A stretch of DNA of 64,000 nt. Origin: Octopus sinensis (Eukaryota). The stretch spans positions 63,860,001 through 63,924,000 of the forward strand of contig NC_043006.1 in assembly GCF_006345805.1 (NCBI RefSeq), read 5' to 3'. This document shows, piece after piece, positions 40,048 through 53,507 of this stretch; position 1 is the first letter of the stretch, and each line of letters begins with the position of its first letter. A program made the position numbers and the translations under genes. The notes under the pieces are model-generated. The model was not told the DNA's origin. It did not search any database and worked only from the letters and a program-made list of their open reading frames with translations.

Positions 40048-40309
40048 TCCCCTCCCACCATCACTTGACAATCAATGTTGGTGTGTTTCTTGTCCTGAAA
40101 CTCTTAATATAAATATGTGGATATTGGAATGGAATAATACCTCATGTCCTACATGTGAATTCTGAATTTGCTTGTGTGAATGTTTTAAGAGAAATATCTG
40201 CAATTTGTATCGTATATCAAATTCTATTAATCTTTATCTCATATACAGGCAAAAAAAACAGTTGTGCTATATAGTGGAGCTTTAACTCCATTAAAATTCT
40301 TGTATTATA

Positions 40310-40620
40310 TTAGGTTGTCACGAAAGTTCTTTAAATTCAGATGCACATATTTCAGCTCAAACAAAACTTTATGAATCGAAATAAACATCATCAGAATCAA
40401 CACACTTTTGCCAACACGAAACAAGTTTATTTATGCCAGTAGCATAAAAATCCTGCGTTCTGGTGGTAATGGAGTCGTTGAAGGCGTGTTTCACATTGTC
40501 TTGGGTTTTTGAAGCATTTCTCACGCAGGAAGTTGTTGAGATGCTTGAAAAAGTGGTAGGCGAGAGGTCTGGTGAGTATGGCGGATGAGGCAGAGTTGGG
40601 GGGCAGGGGTTGATGCTACT
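40310..40620 (-). mobile_element. Mariner transposase 3' remnant with TIR
   Basis: Minus-strand LPHPPYSPDLSP and GINKLV..WQKCV...YF. TA|TTAGGTTG mariner-type TIR at 40308-40317. Confidence 0.88.
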
Positions 40621-41795
40621 CAATTCCTTTATGCGAAACCTACAAGATTTAGTATGTGTGTTACATGGTGTTGATTCAGTAATTATCGACCACCTTTAAT
40701 TATACTCAATGTTAGACTCTTTGAGGTGTTTAATATATGATGCTAATGTGGAATTTTTTATATTGGGGTGAATAAATGAATTCTTGCATCCCACATATCT
40801 ATTTTTAAAATCAATAGGACTCCCTATATAAATTTTCCTATGTCACGTAGGGCTTACTCATTTAACTTCGTATATATATATATACGTTAGTTCATGGCTG
40901 TTTCCTGCACCAGCAAATAACATGAGTTCATGGCTGTTTCCTACACCAGCTTCACATAGCAGCCCTAGCCCATCCAAAGTACCTTGGATCACAGGACAGC
41001 CTGCTGTGTTTACCTTGGATTGTAGGGCGACCTGCTGTGTTTGAGAGCTACTGAGTCAAGTATGTATATAAATATATTTATTTCTAGCCCACTTTCTATA
41101 TATGTACATTGCATGCAAATCACAGACATATGAGTGTATATGCATATATACCCCAAGTTCACCAGAGCGCATTTTTTTTCCTTATTTATTTACTACACAT
41201 TTTTGTACACCTATTACACTATTAAATATTGTTTTTTGGCTGTGATGAGATGACTCGGAATATTCACAATGTGAATTTTCCGAGTCCCCCCCCCCCACCG
41301 TTTGCCAGCTCACACTTTTTTCATATTCGTTTACACCTATTACACTACTTTTTATTTTTGTTTTTGCTCGGGTGAAACACTGGAGTTTAAAGGTCAAGGT
41401 CTGACGATGTGAATTTTCCGCGCATTTTTTTTTTTCATATTCGCTTAATGCAAGTTGTTTTACACCTTTTTCCTTTTTTGCTCGGGTCGGGAATCGAACT
41501 CACAGTCTTAAGATGGTGAGCTGGTTACCCCAATGTATATAGTATATACGTGATCGACGTGTCAAAATACTGTGACCGAAAAATTTTCACCAACACATGG
41601 AGAGCGCATTTATGAATTCTATCGAGCATTCCTAAGCAGCAGTGTCGGAAATGATCTCGTAAGCCAAAAGCCCATAATTTCCTTGGCTCTTTTGAAGAAT
41701 CGCCATCTCAGATGTTTGCTTACAATATAAATGTCAAAAGTGAGAAATTACAGAAAATTAGAGGGGCCAAAGATACCCTCATTAAAAAAAAAATG

Positions 41796-42201
41796 AGATC
41801 TTTTTGGTTTGAACGGCAGTTTTTTCTAGCGGTGTCATATGAAATTGTCACCCATAATTATGACCCTAGTATCGATCTATTGCATTTCAATCTGTTTTAG
41901 AGTTAGGGTTAGGGGTGGGAGGAAGGGTATCTTTTTTTTCTTCACAAATGTAAATAAACCCAATCTGTTTCTTAAACGAGGGACATATTCATACGGCATA
42001 GAATGTTTTCACATCAATAGACGTCATTGATTGGTTGAAATTGCAGAAAAAACCTCAAATATCTTACAAACTATAGAATTTTCTCAATAAAGCCAAGAGA
42101 AAAAAATGTTTTATAAACACATTCTACCAATATACGAAGTTTAAGTGTTTAGTTACGTGGAAATTATTTAAAAAAACTGCCGTTCAAACCGAAAAGATCC
42201 A
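41796..42201. mobile_element. MITE with ~30 bp TIRs and 8-bp TSD
   Basis: TIR GATCTTTT(T/C)GGTTTGAACGGCAGTTTTTT. TSD AAAAAATG at 41788-41795 and 42202-42209. Internal TTAGGG-like tract. Confidence 0.85.
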
Positions 42202-42890
42202 AAAAATGTTTTTGTTTTGTTTAGCAGAATCGTAATCTACGATGTTTGAAACGCATTTGAAGAAATTACGCTTTTCAGAGCACTAAAAAAAATTTTCGAC
42301 TCTGTTTTAAATATCGTTCTCGCATAACCATTTTTAGAATGCTTCATCTGAAGGGTCTCGCAATCATATTGTAATTTTATCCTATAATACAATGTTACAA
42401 CTATTCGAAAATTTATTATAGTGATTACGGCAGACTTAATTAATATTTTGTTTAATGTTCAGTAACAGAATGAGATTTGTGTAGTACGGCTCTGCATACG
42501 CGATGCAAATAACTCTAAGAAATGTTCTTGTTTACAGTATTGAATGCACTGTAGCATTTATTTATGGCAAGTGCTTTGAATCGAGATAATGTATTGAATG
42601 TGGAAATCAGTTCATCGTGGGAGAATGGCGAGAGCCATTTTAAAAAAAATACGCACACAAGGTGTTTAGGGTTAGGGCTACGCAAAAACGGATGGTGTGC
42701 GTATTCTTTATATGTGTATGTATGTTTTGAAAAAAAAAATTAGTTGTTTTATAATACCGAAGGAAAACAAATCGAATACTAGTTGAAATATAAACATATC
42801 CTGTTAAAATCTCATTGATTTCACACGAACGAAGAAATAAAAATAGACATTCGAGCGAAAAAAATATGACGGAATGAATCAAGCATTTTC

Positions 42891-43030
42891 ATTGGTTATA
42901 ATTCTCACGTGAGTACATTTTGCTATGATCTCTGCTACGTCCGTGTTAGACTACTTCCTGCCATATAAATACTAATCTTTTTGTTTTGTGTATAACGAAA
43001 CTAGCACGTGAAGTTAAACAATATTACGTG
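42891..43030 (+). promoter_or_regulatory. H4 copy 1 promoter and leader motifs
   Basis: ATTGG at 42891-42895, CTCACGTGAG at 42904-42913, TATAAATA at 42964-42971, CACGTG at 43005-43010, TACGTG at 43025-43030. All are kept in copy 2. Confidence 0.65.
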
Positions 43031-43095
43031 ACATTGTTGGAAAGACGAGCGGTGGTTTCTATTTTGTTCTATCTCTGAATCGAAGCTTTTACTGA

Positions 43096-43416
<321 letters not shown>

Positions 43417-43494
43417 GCAATGTGGCTGGGATTTTAACCTAACATCTAATCATACCCACGATCTTCCGAACTACTTGAAAAAAAAAACATAAAC

Positions 43495-43510
43495 GGCCCT
43501 TTTAAGGGCC
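43495..43510 (+). terminator. Histone 3' stem-loop of H4 copy 1
   Basis: AAAC-GGCCCT-TTTA-AGGGCC-ACAAC. Confidence 0.97.
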
Positions 43511-44210
43511 ACAACATCATCCTGTTTGTCTCACATTACCAAACTCTTTGATATGACCTTAAAAAAAGAAAACTTAATTTTGCCATTATTAAATTTTAAA
43601 TTTCCTTCACACCAAAAAAAAAAAAGTGATGTAAATTTTTGTTGACATTATCACGTACGAAGTTAACTTTTTCATTAAACTATTTTTGCCAATATCTTTT
43701 GGAATCTATATAGTTTTTCCCTTACATGAAAATCGTTATGGAAATACAATAACGACCCCTCCCTTTAATTACACAAAAACTAAGATGTATACATAAATAC
43801 ATCAGACGTGTGTGTGTTAAATGTGTGTATAAAAAAATATATATAATTAACAGGTCCTTATTGATACATAACGCAAAAATGTTTCATCATTTGGGACTCT
43901 GGATTATACGAAGTTTCTTACAAATTCATCATTCATGTCTAACAACATTTTAACGTATCAAAGTAGAGGACTACCTATTGTACTAAAAACTATTTGCATA
44001 CTATATGAAGACATCGGGTACCCTCAACAAGAGGCGATATTTAATTACTAATTGTTACAAACCTTTTTAGAGAGTGTGTAAAACTTAAAAAATGGACAAT
44101 TTGCTTTCAATTGTTTAATAAATAATTATTTTCTGTTAAAGTGAATGTCATTTGTTTTTCTTCCTCTTCATATAGATATTTACAATTTCTAATCAATTGC
44201 AATTACTACC

Positions 44211-44642
44211 GGAAAGACTTCCGTCCGTCCCCACCATTTCTCCCCAATTTTTTTTTTTTTTTTTGTCAGAAACCTCCGTTTTCGGATATGGAGGTTCCGG
44301 AAATTGCCAAAATTTGACATTGTTTAATTTCCCCTTCCCCAAGTTCTTCAATTTTGATTTTTTTTTTTTTCCCCAGCCCTAACCGTAACTATAGAAATAT
44401 TTTGAAATTTTTGTCCGAATCATAATGTCCGTATTTTTCCGCATATTTTGGAATAAAAAATTTTCTGAAAGAAGAAATGGTGGTGGTGGGGGGGGGGGGC
44501 ATTTAAAAATCCCGATTTTTGCCTATTTCTTTTTGCAGATTCGTATTCCCCGAAGCCGAAAAGGCGGGGGTTTGTGTCGGAAAAAAAAAAGAAGACTTTT
44601 AAAACAGGTAGTATTTTGGGGAGGAGGGGAGAAAGTCTTGCC
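44211..44642. mobile_element. GG-ended MITE (here called family E), copy 1
   Basis: TIR GG(A/C)AAGACTT at both ends, internal homology to 49643-50214, absent from the matching site in duplication copy 2, no TSD. Confidence 0.75.
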
Positions 44643-47600
44643 ACCGTTTGAAGAATTGGATTAGCTATGGTTGGAATACCTTTAATCGTGACTAACCTAG
44701 GGATAAAAAGTTGCCGGCCCCATAATGTCTGCACCGTGCAGAAGTCAGGGTGACTGCTCATCTTATGACCCCTTCAGAGATTCATGGTTGGAATTTAACC
44801 TGACCTGAGACCAGGTCTGAATATTTACAAAACAATAAAATCGGCCAAAGAACTTCAACGACGGTGCTAAAACAGGAGACCACGGATTAAGTCAATCCAT
44901 TTTTGAACTATGTAGGCTCGGAGGGGTCACCCAACTTACTAGAAATAACAGCCGGATCGTCCGCAATCCACATTATCTTAAGTGTAACGAAGACGGTTTA
45001 TATGACTAATGTAGATTCCTTTCAAAAATACGGAGGTTCATAGAATGGTGGGATTTTTGTTTTTTTTGTTGTTTTTTTCCGTATATGTTCTGACAGGTTT
45101 GACTTGGTGTTAAATACAATTTAACTGAAAACATCCTGAATTACGAAAATCACAATAAAGGGGTCTTGCAAATGCTTTCCTCTAAATGTTTACCATCAAC
45201 CCCTGCCTCTAGAACTAGGACTGATTAGGGCCGGTTACAAGGTTTTCAAGGACAATTTCCCCCAGACCGAGACGCCAGCTGAGTAGACCGAAGCAACGTG
45301 GAATTGAGTTTTTGTTCAAGAACACAACGCGCTGTCCGCTCTTGGAACCGAAACCACATTCCTGCAATCTAGAGTGCAACACTAACCACGAGGCCACACG
45401 TTTTCATGCTATAAAACATTTCGACATATACAAGTTATAGACTAGATTTATCTCCCTTGCAGTCTTTTATTTTCAAACAATATATGTTGATTATTTAAGA
45501 ATTAAACGTTCAGTTAAATATTTGTAGCAAAGTTCTTTTAATTTGATCTATCATTTTGCATTCAAATATAGATTATATATATTATATTATATATTTTCGG
45601 AATTCCAATCTACACGAACGTCATTAATAATGAATGAAATTCTTTAAATGTGTTGCACTTCCAGAGCTATTTATTGCCATTCAGATTCAACTATAAAGAA
45701 TTTTCCGTAGGAAATGTAACGTAAATTATACCATTAGCGCCACTTCTAAGGTTCATAGTGCCCTGGGCAAGCTGAATTTCAGCAACCTTATGCATTTTCC
45801 CCCAAGGTGTCTAGAAAACAATTCCAGCACAGCATCATTTCAAATTCTTTCCTTACGATATAACACCACCACAATATTCCACTTTCACAATCACAAACTT
45901 GACCTCTCACAGGGAATCCTTACATTATTTTCATATTTTTCTAATTCGTAGAACCTCATGGCGTGATGGTTCGATTTGATTATACCTTCAGCCAGTCCTG
46001 TAATAAATAACGTGTAAAGTTGTTTAACTCCATCATCACTTCGTATAATACAAGACACGTCATCAGGTGTTCAAATCAAAACTAGTCCTTTTTCTGGCAA
46101 GTTAAACAACCACAAAGGTTCATGAGCTGTCTTACAATGTACTATATAAATTATATGTATGTGTTTATTATTATTATTAATACAGGTATATTTTAAAGGT
46201 CCCTGGAGGTTATATATACATAGACAATGTGCAACATGAGTTCATTTTAAGTTTATTTCTTGGATTAAAAAGAAATTCCATAGCTAAAAATGTGGCACTG
46301 AACTGTCATCGCACTTCCATAAAGATTATGTATTTTGTACTCGGGCAAACTAGCATAGCTGGGCTGTTCGTTTCATATATCAGATTCGATCCCAAACTTC
46401 TTGGGCAAAGGTGGTTTACCGTAGCTTCTCGTCAACCCAAATTTAGATATGGAGAAACTTGTCGAATGGACTGTAAATGAAAAGATCCAGCCTTGTTTAC
46501 AATTTGTCACGCGGATTGTGCCTGGGATATTCAACCAACTACACTGAAAATACTCATCGTCGAAAACGACGAAGGCTCCATATGTCTTGAAGAGTTTGGA
46601 CACACAAATCAGTTCTAAATCTAAAATAGAGACTGGAGTCTTTCGCTTGGCAACAAGGTGGTTACAGATTCGACCCGTCACAACTGCGTGCGGGGGGGGG
46701 GGAGCTTAAGTTAGACTTCAGTAGGCGAAAACCCGTTGTGTGATTGTGTATTTATGTTTACTGCTCGACTAATTTCCTGGAAAGCGATATTCAAAAATAA
46801 AATAATAAAAGAATGGGTGTATTTAGTAATAGAATGTGGTTAAATCATTTTCCGAACCTAAGAGTCTGATGCACGAACCAACAAAAAAAAAAAAAAAAAG
46901 AGAGAGGCAGGAGAACACACGTCTAGAAGGAAAAAAATCCTGTCCAAAGCAGAAAAGTCCAATTTATGTAAGTTATTTCAGAAGCCCACGTTGGAATTAA
47001 AATTGAATAACTAAGACTTCCCTTCAAAGCAGAGCCCAAGAAAGTCTTATTAACTGAAACCTTAAGGTATTTGGGAGAAAATTGGGGAGGGACGGGCGGA
47101 AGTCTTTCCGAACTTTGCTACAAATATTTAACTGAACGTTTAATTCTTAAATAATCAACATTATTAAAAAAAAAAAAAAAAAAACCAAGGGGGATTTTTG
47201 CAAGGGAAATAAATCTAGCCTATTAAAAATCTGGCTTTCAAAAAGAAAAGATCCCTTGTTTATGTCGAAATGTTTATAGCTTGGGAACGTGTGGTCTCAT
47301 GGTTAGAGTGTTACACTCTCAATTGCAGGAACGTGGTTTCGGTTCCAAGAGCGGGCAGCGCGTTGTGTACTTGAACAAAAACTCAATTTCACGTTGCTTC
47401 GATCTATTTAGCTCGCGTCACGTTCTGGAGGAAATTGCCCTTGAAAACCTTGTAACCGACCCTAATCAGTCCTAGGACTTGATGGTAAACGTTTATATTA
47501 AGGAAAAAGCGAACTTTTATTTAGAGGAAAGCATTTGCAAAACCTCTTTATTGTGGTTTTCGTAATTCAGGATGTTTTCAGTTCAATTGTAGTTAACACC

Positions 47601-48077
47601 AAGTCAAACTTGTCAGAACATGTAAGGAAAATAAAACCTCACAATTCTATGACTGTCCATCTTTTTAAAAGGAATCTACGTTTGCCATATAAACCGTCTT
47701 CGTTACACTTGTTTAAGATGATGTGGATTGAGGATGATCCGGCTGTTATTTCTAGTAAGTTGGGTGACCCTTCCCAGCTTACATAGTTCAGAAATGGATG
47801 GTTGACTTAATCCGTGGTCTCCTGGCGGATTTCATTGTTTAGTAAATATTCAGACCTGGTCTCAGGTCAGGATAAATTCCAACCATTAATCTCGGAAGCC
47901 CTGAAGGGGTCATAAGACGAGCAGTCACCCTGACTAAAATTTTTTAAATGATTGTGGGTTGTTTGAAACCGTTGAACTCTGTACGGTGCAGACATTATGG
48001 GGGCCGGCAACTCTTCATCCCTAGCTAGTCATGATTAAAGGTATTCCAAACATGACTAATCCAATTTTTCAAAAGGT
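44643..48077. repeat. ~0.9 kb diverged inverted repeat (arms 44643-45535 and 47110-48077) with 1.57 kb spacer
   Basis: Both arms match the single segment 55595-56469 of duplication copy 2. Confidence 0.9.
47071..47109 (-). mobile_element. Isolated ~39 bp terminus of family E MITE
   Basis: Reverse complement GGAAAGACTTCCGCCCGTCCCTCCCCAATTTTCTCCCAA closely matches 44211-44250. Confidence 0.75.
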
Positions 48078-49642
48078 GTCTTGGACATTAGCGCTCCTTA
48101 AGCTTAACACCACAAGAGGGTCAAACCTGCATATAAATCATTGACAGTCTACCATGGTTATAATCTTGACTGCTATTTCTAGCATGTTGGGCGCCAGGAT
48201 ATAAACATGTCCTTTCTTTGTTATTGAAGACGGTAGAGTTCAATTTGAGGAATATTTGACTGATGTTTCTAACAGTGCAGAACGTACTTGTATAATTGTA
48301 ATGTGGATATAATGCCGCATTGCGCTGTAATGTTCCGATGTCGCCAACTTGTAATGAGAGAGCATTCTTAGAAAGTAGGAAACCATAACTTTGGTAGTTC
48401 CTTGCATTTACACATTTGTGGTACAAAAGTACTGGCAGAGCAAGAAATCTAGTCTGTATGAGTTTTATGAAACGATTAAGTCTACAAAAGAGATGTGATT
48501 TTCGACCACTTTCTGATAGAAGGCACTGAGGTTACATTGTCTTTTTCTCCCTAAGAAAGAAAATTTATTTTATAATAGTAATCTCTTTTTACACAATAAT
48601 TTTCTCAATTTATTTCTATATGGGAATGGCGTTTCGCTGTTGTATATGCGATGCAAGAGAGAGAGACTGGGTTGGCAGGGTCGTTAAAACAGCCGACGAA
48701 ATGCGCTGCGTTATTATTCCGGCTCCTTACTTTCCGCGTTCAGATCCAACAAAGATCAGCTTTGTCTTTCAGCTTTCAGGAATTCGATGTAATCAGTTTA
48801 AGCCCTCCTCTCATATTAGAAACCTCGAGCCAATATTAGAAACAACCGATTTTACTCCATAAGAGCCGAGATAATGACAATTGTGTTGTCAACTCAGTAA
48901 ATTTTACGACGCAAAAAATACCGATAACGAAAATAGCAATTTTTCTTTTGAGTGAGAAGCTTGTTGCTTCATCAATGACAATTTTTATTATAAAGATTGT
49001 TTGCCAGCAAACAATCTTTTGTTCTAGCCCCAGGAAACAGCCGTAACATTTATGCCAAACTGGATATTCCCTCATTATGTTGGCAAACAATCTTTCTGTT
49101 GTTTCCTGGGGCCAAAACAACGGTAACAGTCATCCTAACCGGACAATCATTACTGTTACATTACAGTACTGTTACTGTATGTTGAGAGATTTAGAAATAA
49201 TAAAGTTTCTATTCAACTTTTATTATATATTAGCATTAAGGGCATAGATTAGCAGAATCATTGGAAATTCTGATAAAATGCCTTGCGATACTTATTCCGG
49301 CACTTTACGTTCTTACTTCGAATCCTACCGAAGTCAGCTTTGCCTTTCATCCTATCGCGGTTGATAAAATAAGGACCAGTTGTGTACTTTCACTACTTTT
49401 ATCGATTAACCTCTTCCCCTCAAAATTCCTCGCATTTCGCCTAAGTTGACACACAGTTATTATATATTAGTATTGCTTTGTCCTGTGCTCCAGGAGGTTC
49501 TCGGGTTAAAATCCATTTAATTCAACCCCCATTTCGCCCTGCCAACATTGGTGAAATAAACTGTAGAGAGGCCTTGTCAAGAAATATAGCATTTATTTCA
49601 AAAAGGACACTCCTTAAATAGCATATTGTCAGTCAAATCGAC

Positions 49643-50214
49643 GGAAAGAGTTCCGCCTCCCCCATCCACCCATTTTGTTCCTAATTTGTTTATTAAAAAT
49701 TTCTTTTGCCAAAAACTCCCGTTTTCGGATACGGAGATTGCAGAAAATTGCCAAAAATCAACATTGTTAAATTTTCCCCCTTCACCCCCGTCCCCCAAAT
49801 TCTTCAATTTTGACTTTTCCCCCAACACTAACCCTAATCCTAACCTTAAAACCCTAACCCTAACCCGAAAACCGTAGCCCTAGCTGTAACTACAGAAATG
49901 TTTCAAAAATTTTGTCCGAATCATAATATCAGTATTTTTTCGCAAAGTTATAAAAAAAAATTTTACAAAAATTTTTGGAAATTTTTTTCAGAATCATAAT
50001 CTCCGCATTTTCCTGCATATTTTGAGGGAATAAATTCTGAAAAAAGTAAAAAATGAAGGAAATGGAGGTGAGGAAAGGTGGGGTATAATTTAAAATTTCT
50101 GATTTTTGCCAATTTTTTTTGCAGATTCGTATTCCCCGTAGCCGAAAAGGTGGGGGGTCTGTGTCGAAAACAAAGATTTGTTTTAAGTGTGGTTTGTGGT
50201 GGCAGATGTCTTGT
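49643..50214 (+). mobile_element. Family E MITE, copy 2 (right end uncertain)
   Basis: Starts GGAAAGAGTTCCG. Shares CCGTTTTCGGATA, TTTGTCCGAATCATAAT and GCAGATTCGTATTCCCC with 44211-44642. Contains a (CCCTAA)n-like tract. Confidence 0.7.
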
Positions 50215-51129
50215 CGCTGACAGAACCGTTAGCATGCCAGACAAAATGTTTAATGCCATTTCATCCATCTTTATGTTTTGAGTTCAAATTCCGCTGATGT
50301 CAACTTTGCCTTTCATTCTTTCGAGGTTAATGAAATAAGTGCCAGTTATGCATTGAGGTCGATGTAATCGACTAGACCCCTCCCCTGCCTCAAAATTAGG
50401 ATGAGAGTGTAATAACAACATGGGATAGAAATGAGCAATATTCAAGTGTTACTTAACCTGTGATTACATTTTATAATTAGGTCGTCATATTTGTTAATAT
50501 TTTCCTTATCGTCCATTTCAGTGATGCAAAGTGAGTATGCTAGTATACTCGCCATATAGTTTTGCATATTGTACGATCAACCATTTAATAGTGTAATTCA
50601 CGGTCTTTTTGCAAACGCTGAACTATCTTCCTCAATGAAATGTTATTAGCCTCAGCCGCAGACCAAAAGATGGAATAATGATTACATAATCCACCTTAAA
50701 ATCTGTGCTTCATGTACCTACATAAACGCATCTAGACAAGTTAGTAGTAGCCATACACCTATAGACGATGTTTGTAATAAGACATTTATTATCTAAATGG
50801 CTGGGTACTTACATTTGCAACATTGCTTTGTGGATGCAGGTCGGGGGTGATTTCAGATATCATTCCCAGTGTCATGATAGGTTATGTCCCATGTGCCAAC
50901 AGGGCTTTCAGGGAAGGTGTTCCCTATTGTTGGTATCGTCAAGAACACCATCACTATCATATATATCATTGTCAGTTGGCTTTGTAAGAACCTTTGATCC
51001 ACTGTGCTCATGGCCGTGTTGTTTACACAGTTGGTGATGCATATATATACATACATATATATATATTTCGTTTTTGGATTTGGTTTGCAAGATTCTTTAT
51101 ATGAGTTCGTGTGTTGAAGCATATTCTGT

Positions 51130-51296
51130 TGTGTCTGGGGAGAGTCATTCTCTTTTAGTACCTTATTATTAATAGTCAAGACTATTGAAAAGGTTGCAAT
51201 ACGTAACGAAAATAAAAAGACGAAATAAGTGGAAATTTTACCGGTGAGTGTGTTAAATAATAAGGTACTAAAAGAGAATGACTCTCCCCAGACACA
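51130..51296. repeat. Perfect 41-bp inverted repeat with 85-bp spacer
   Basis: TGTGTCTGGGGAGAGTCATTCTCTTTTAGTACCTTATTATT at 51130-51170 and its exact reverse complement at 51256-51296. Confidence 0.95.
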
Positions 51297-51645
51297 TCAT
51301 CGTTTAACGTCCGCTTTCCATGCTAGCATGGGTTGGACGAATGACTGAGGGCTGGCGAACCAGATGGCTGCACTAGGCTTCAGTCTTTATCTGGCAGAGT
51401 TTCTACTGCTGGATGCCCTTCCTAACGCCAACCACTGCGAGAGTGTAGTGGGTGCTTTTACATGCCACCGGCACGGGGCCAGTCAGGCGGTACTGGCAAC
51501 GACCTCGCTCGAATCTTTTACACATGCCACCGGCACAGGTGCCAGTAAGGCGATGCTGGTAACGATCACGCTCGAATGGTGTCTTTTACGTGCCACCGGT
51601 ACGGAGGCCAGGTAGCCCCTCTTGCAACGATCACGCTCGGATGAT
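51297..51645 (-). mobile_element. RTE-LINE 3' UTR fragment
   Basis: Reverse complement of the shared tail, with internal sub-repeats. Confidence 0.75.
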
Positions 51646-51648
51646 GCT

Positions 51649-52002
51649 CTATATAGATTCCGAGAACATAGGAATTTGGTGGGGAGGGGGACAATTGGGG
51701 GTTACTTTGAGGACAGTTCCCCACTCGGGGGTGTTTCGGAACAAGTCGTCCATATTTGTTTCATTTTCTCCGTTTTGTGCATCCGTAGATTTCTAGTCCC
51801 CTCTCTCTCTCTCTCTCACACACATACATATATATATATATGTATAAAAAATATATATAAAAATACAAAATGGGACAAGAACGCAAAACATTCAAATAGA
51901 CGACACAAAAAAAAACGGACGGGTCATTCGAAGCCTCTAATCTTCATCCTCGCAATTTCGGCTGATTAATCTTGAGATCGCTCCGATCCGGCCAGCCCCA
52001 AA

Positions 52003-52045
<43 letters not shown>

Positions 52046-52324
52046 GTAATTAAAAAAGTTCAAACGGGGAATTATTCTATTTAATGTCTTTCTGTTAGAA
52101 ACGGTTAGACCTTTAGCTGGTATTTTTAGCATAACGAGTTTTCTGGTGACAGCTTCATTGCCTGCTGCTGCAGTAGAAATCTATGGATGCACAAACGTAC
52201 AAAACGGAGAAAATGAGACAAATATGGACGACTTGTTCCGAAACACCCCCGAGTGGAGAACGGTCCTCAAAAGAAACCCCCAGTTGTTTCCCCCCAAATT
52301 CCTATGTTCTCGGAATCTACATAG
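51649..52324. repeat. ~147 bp inverted repeat, probable DNA-transposon remnant
   Basis: Arms 51649-51795 and 52174-52324, roughly 85% identical, with a 378 bp spacer. Confidence 0.85.
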
Positions 52325-52982
52325 TTCGAGGTGTATTTCTAGATAATTTCATTAAAAAATATCTATTTTCTTGAAAGTTAATACGAATTGAAGTGGACGC
52401 CGGTGAATTTTCCGAAATTCCCCATCCCACCCCCTCCTAAAATACTTCCCCCCCCAAAAAAGTTTTGTATATTCGGAATCTACATGATATAACACATATT
52501 CGTAGAAATTTTCATTAAAAAATATCCATATTTCTGAAAGTTATGATCAGCCAAAGTCGGTGGGGGGGGGGGATCAGTAATCTGTAGTTATGCCTCTAAT
52601 TCTATCTTATAATACAATGTTACAACTATTTGAAAATTTATTACAGTGATTACGGCAGACATAATTAGATATTTTGTTTAATGTTCAGTAATGGAATAAG
52701 ATTTGTGTAGTACAGCCCTGCATACACGATGCAAATAACTAAGAAATGTTCTTGTTTACATTATTGAATGCATCATAGCATTTATCTATATGTACATATA
52801 TGTGTATGTATGTATTGCAGAAAGTAATTGTTTTATCGTTTTATAATACCTAAGGAAAACAAATCGAATACTAGTCGAAAAATAAGTATATTCTGTTAAA
52901 AACTCATTGATTTCCTACGAACGAAGCAATAAAAATAGACATTCGAGGGGGGGAAAAATGACGAAACGAAACAGGCACTTCC

Positions 52983-53121
52983 ATTGGCTATAAATCTCAC
53001 GTGAGTGCATTTTGTTGTGATCTCTGCTACGTCCGTTTTAGATTACTTCCTGCCATATAAATACTAATCTTTTTGTTTGTGTATAACGAAACTAGCACGT
53101 GAAGTTAAGCAATATTACGTG
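52983..53121 (+). promoter_or_regulatory. H4 copy 2 promoter and leader motifs
   Basis: ATTGG at 52983-52987, CTCACGTGAG, TATAAATA at 53056-53063, CACGTG and TACGTG as in copy 1. Confidence 0.65.
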
Positions 53122-53186
53122 ACATTGTTGGAAAGACGAGCGGTGGTTTCTATTTTGTTCTATCTCTGAATCGAAGCTTTTACTGA

Positions 53187-53507
<321 letters not shown>

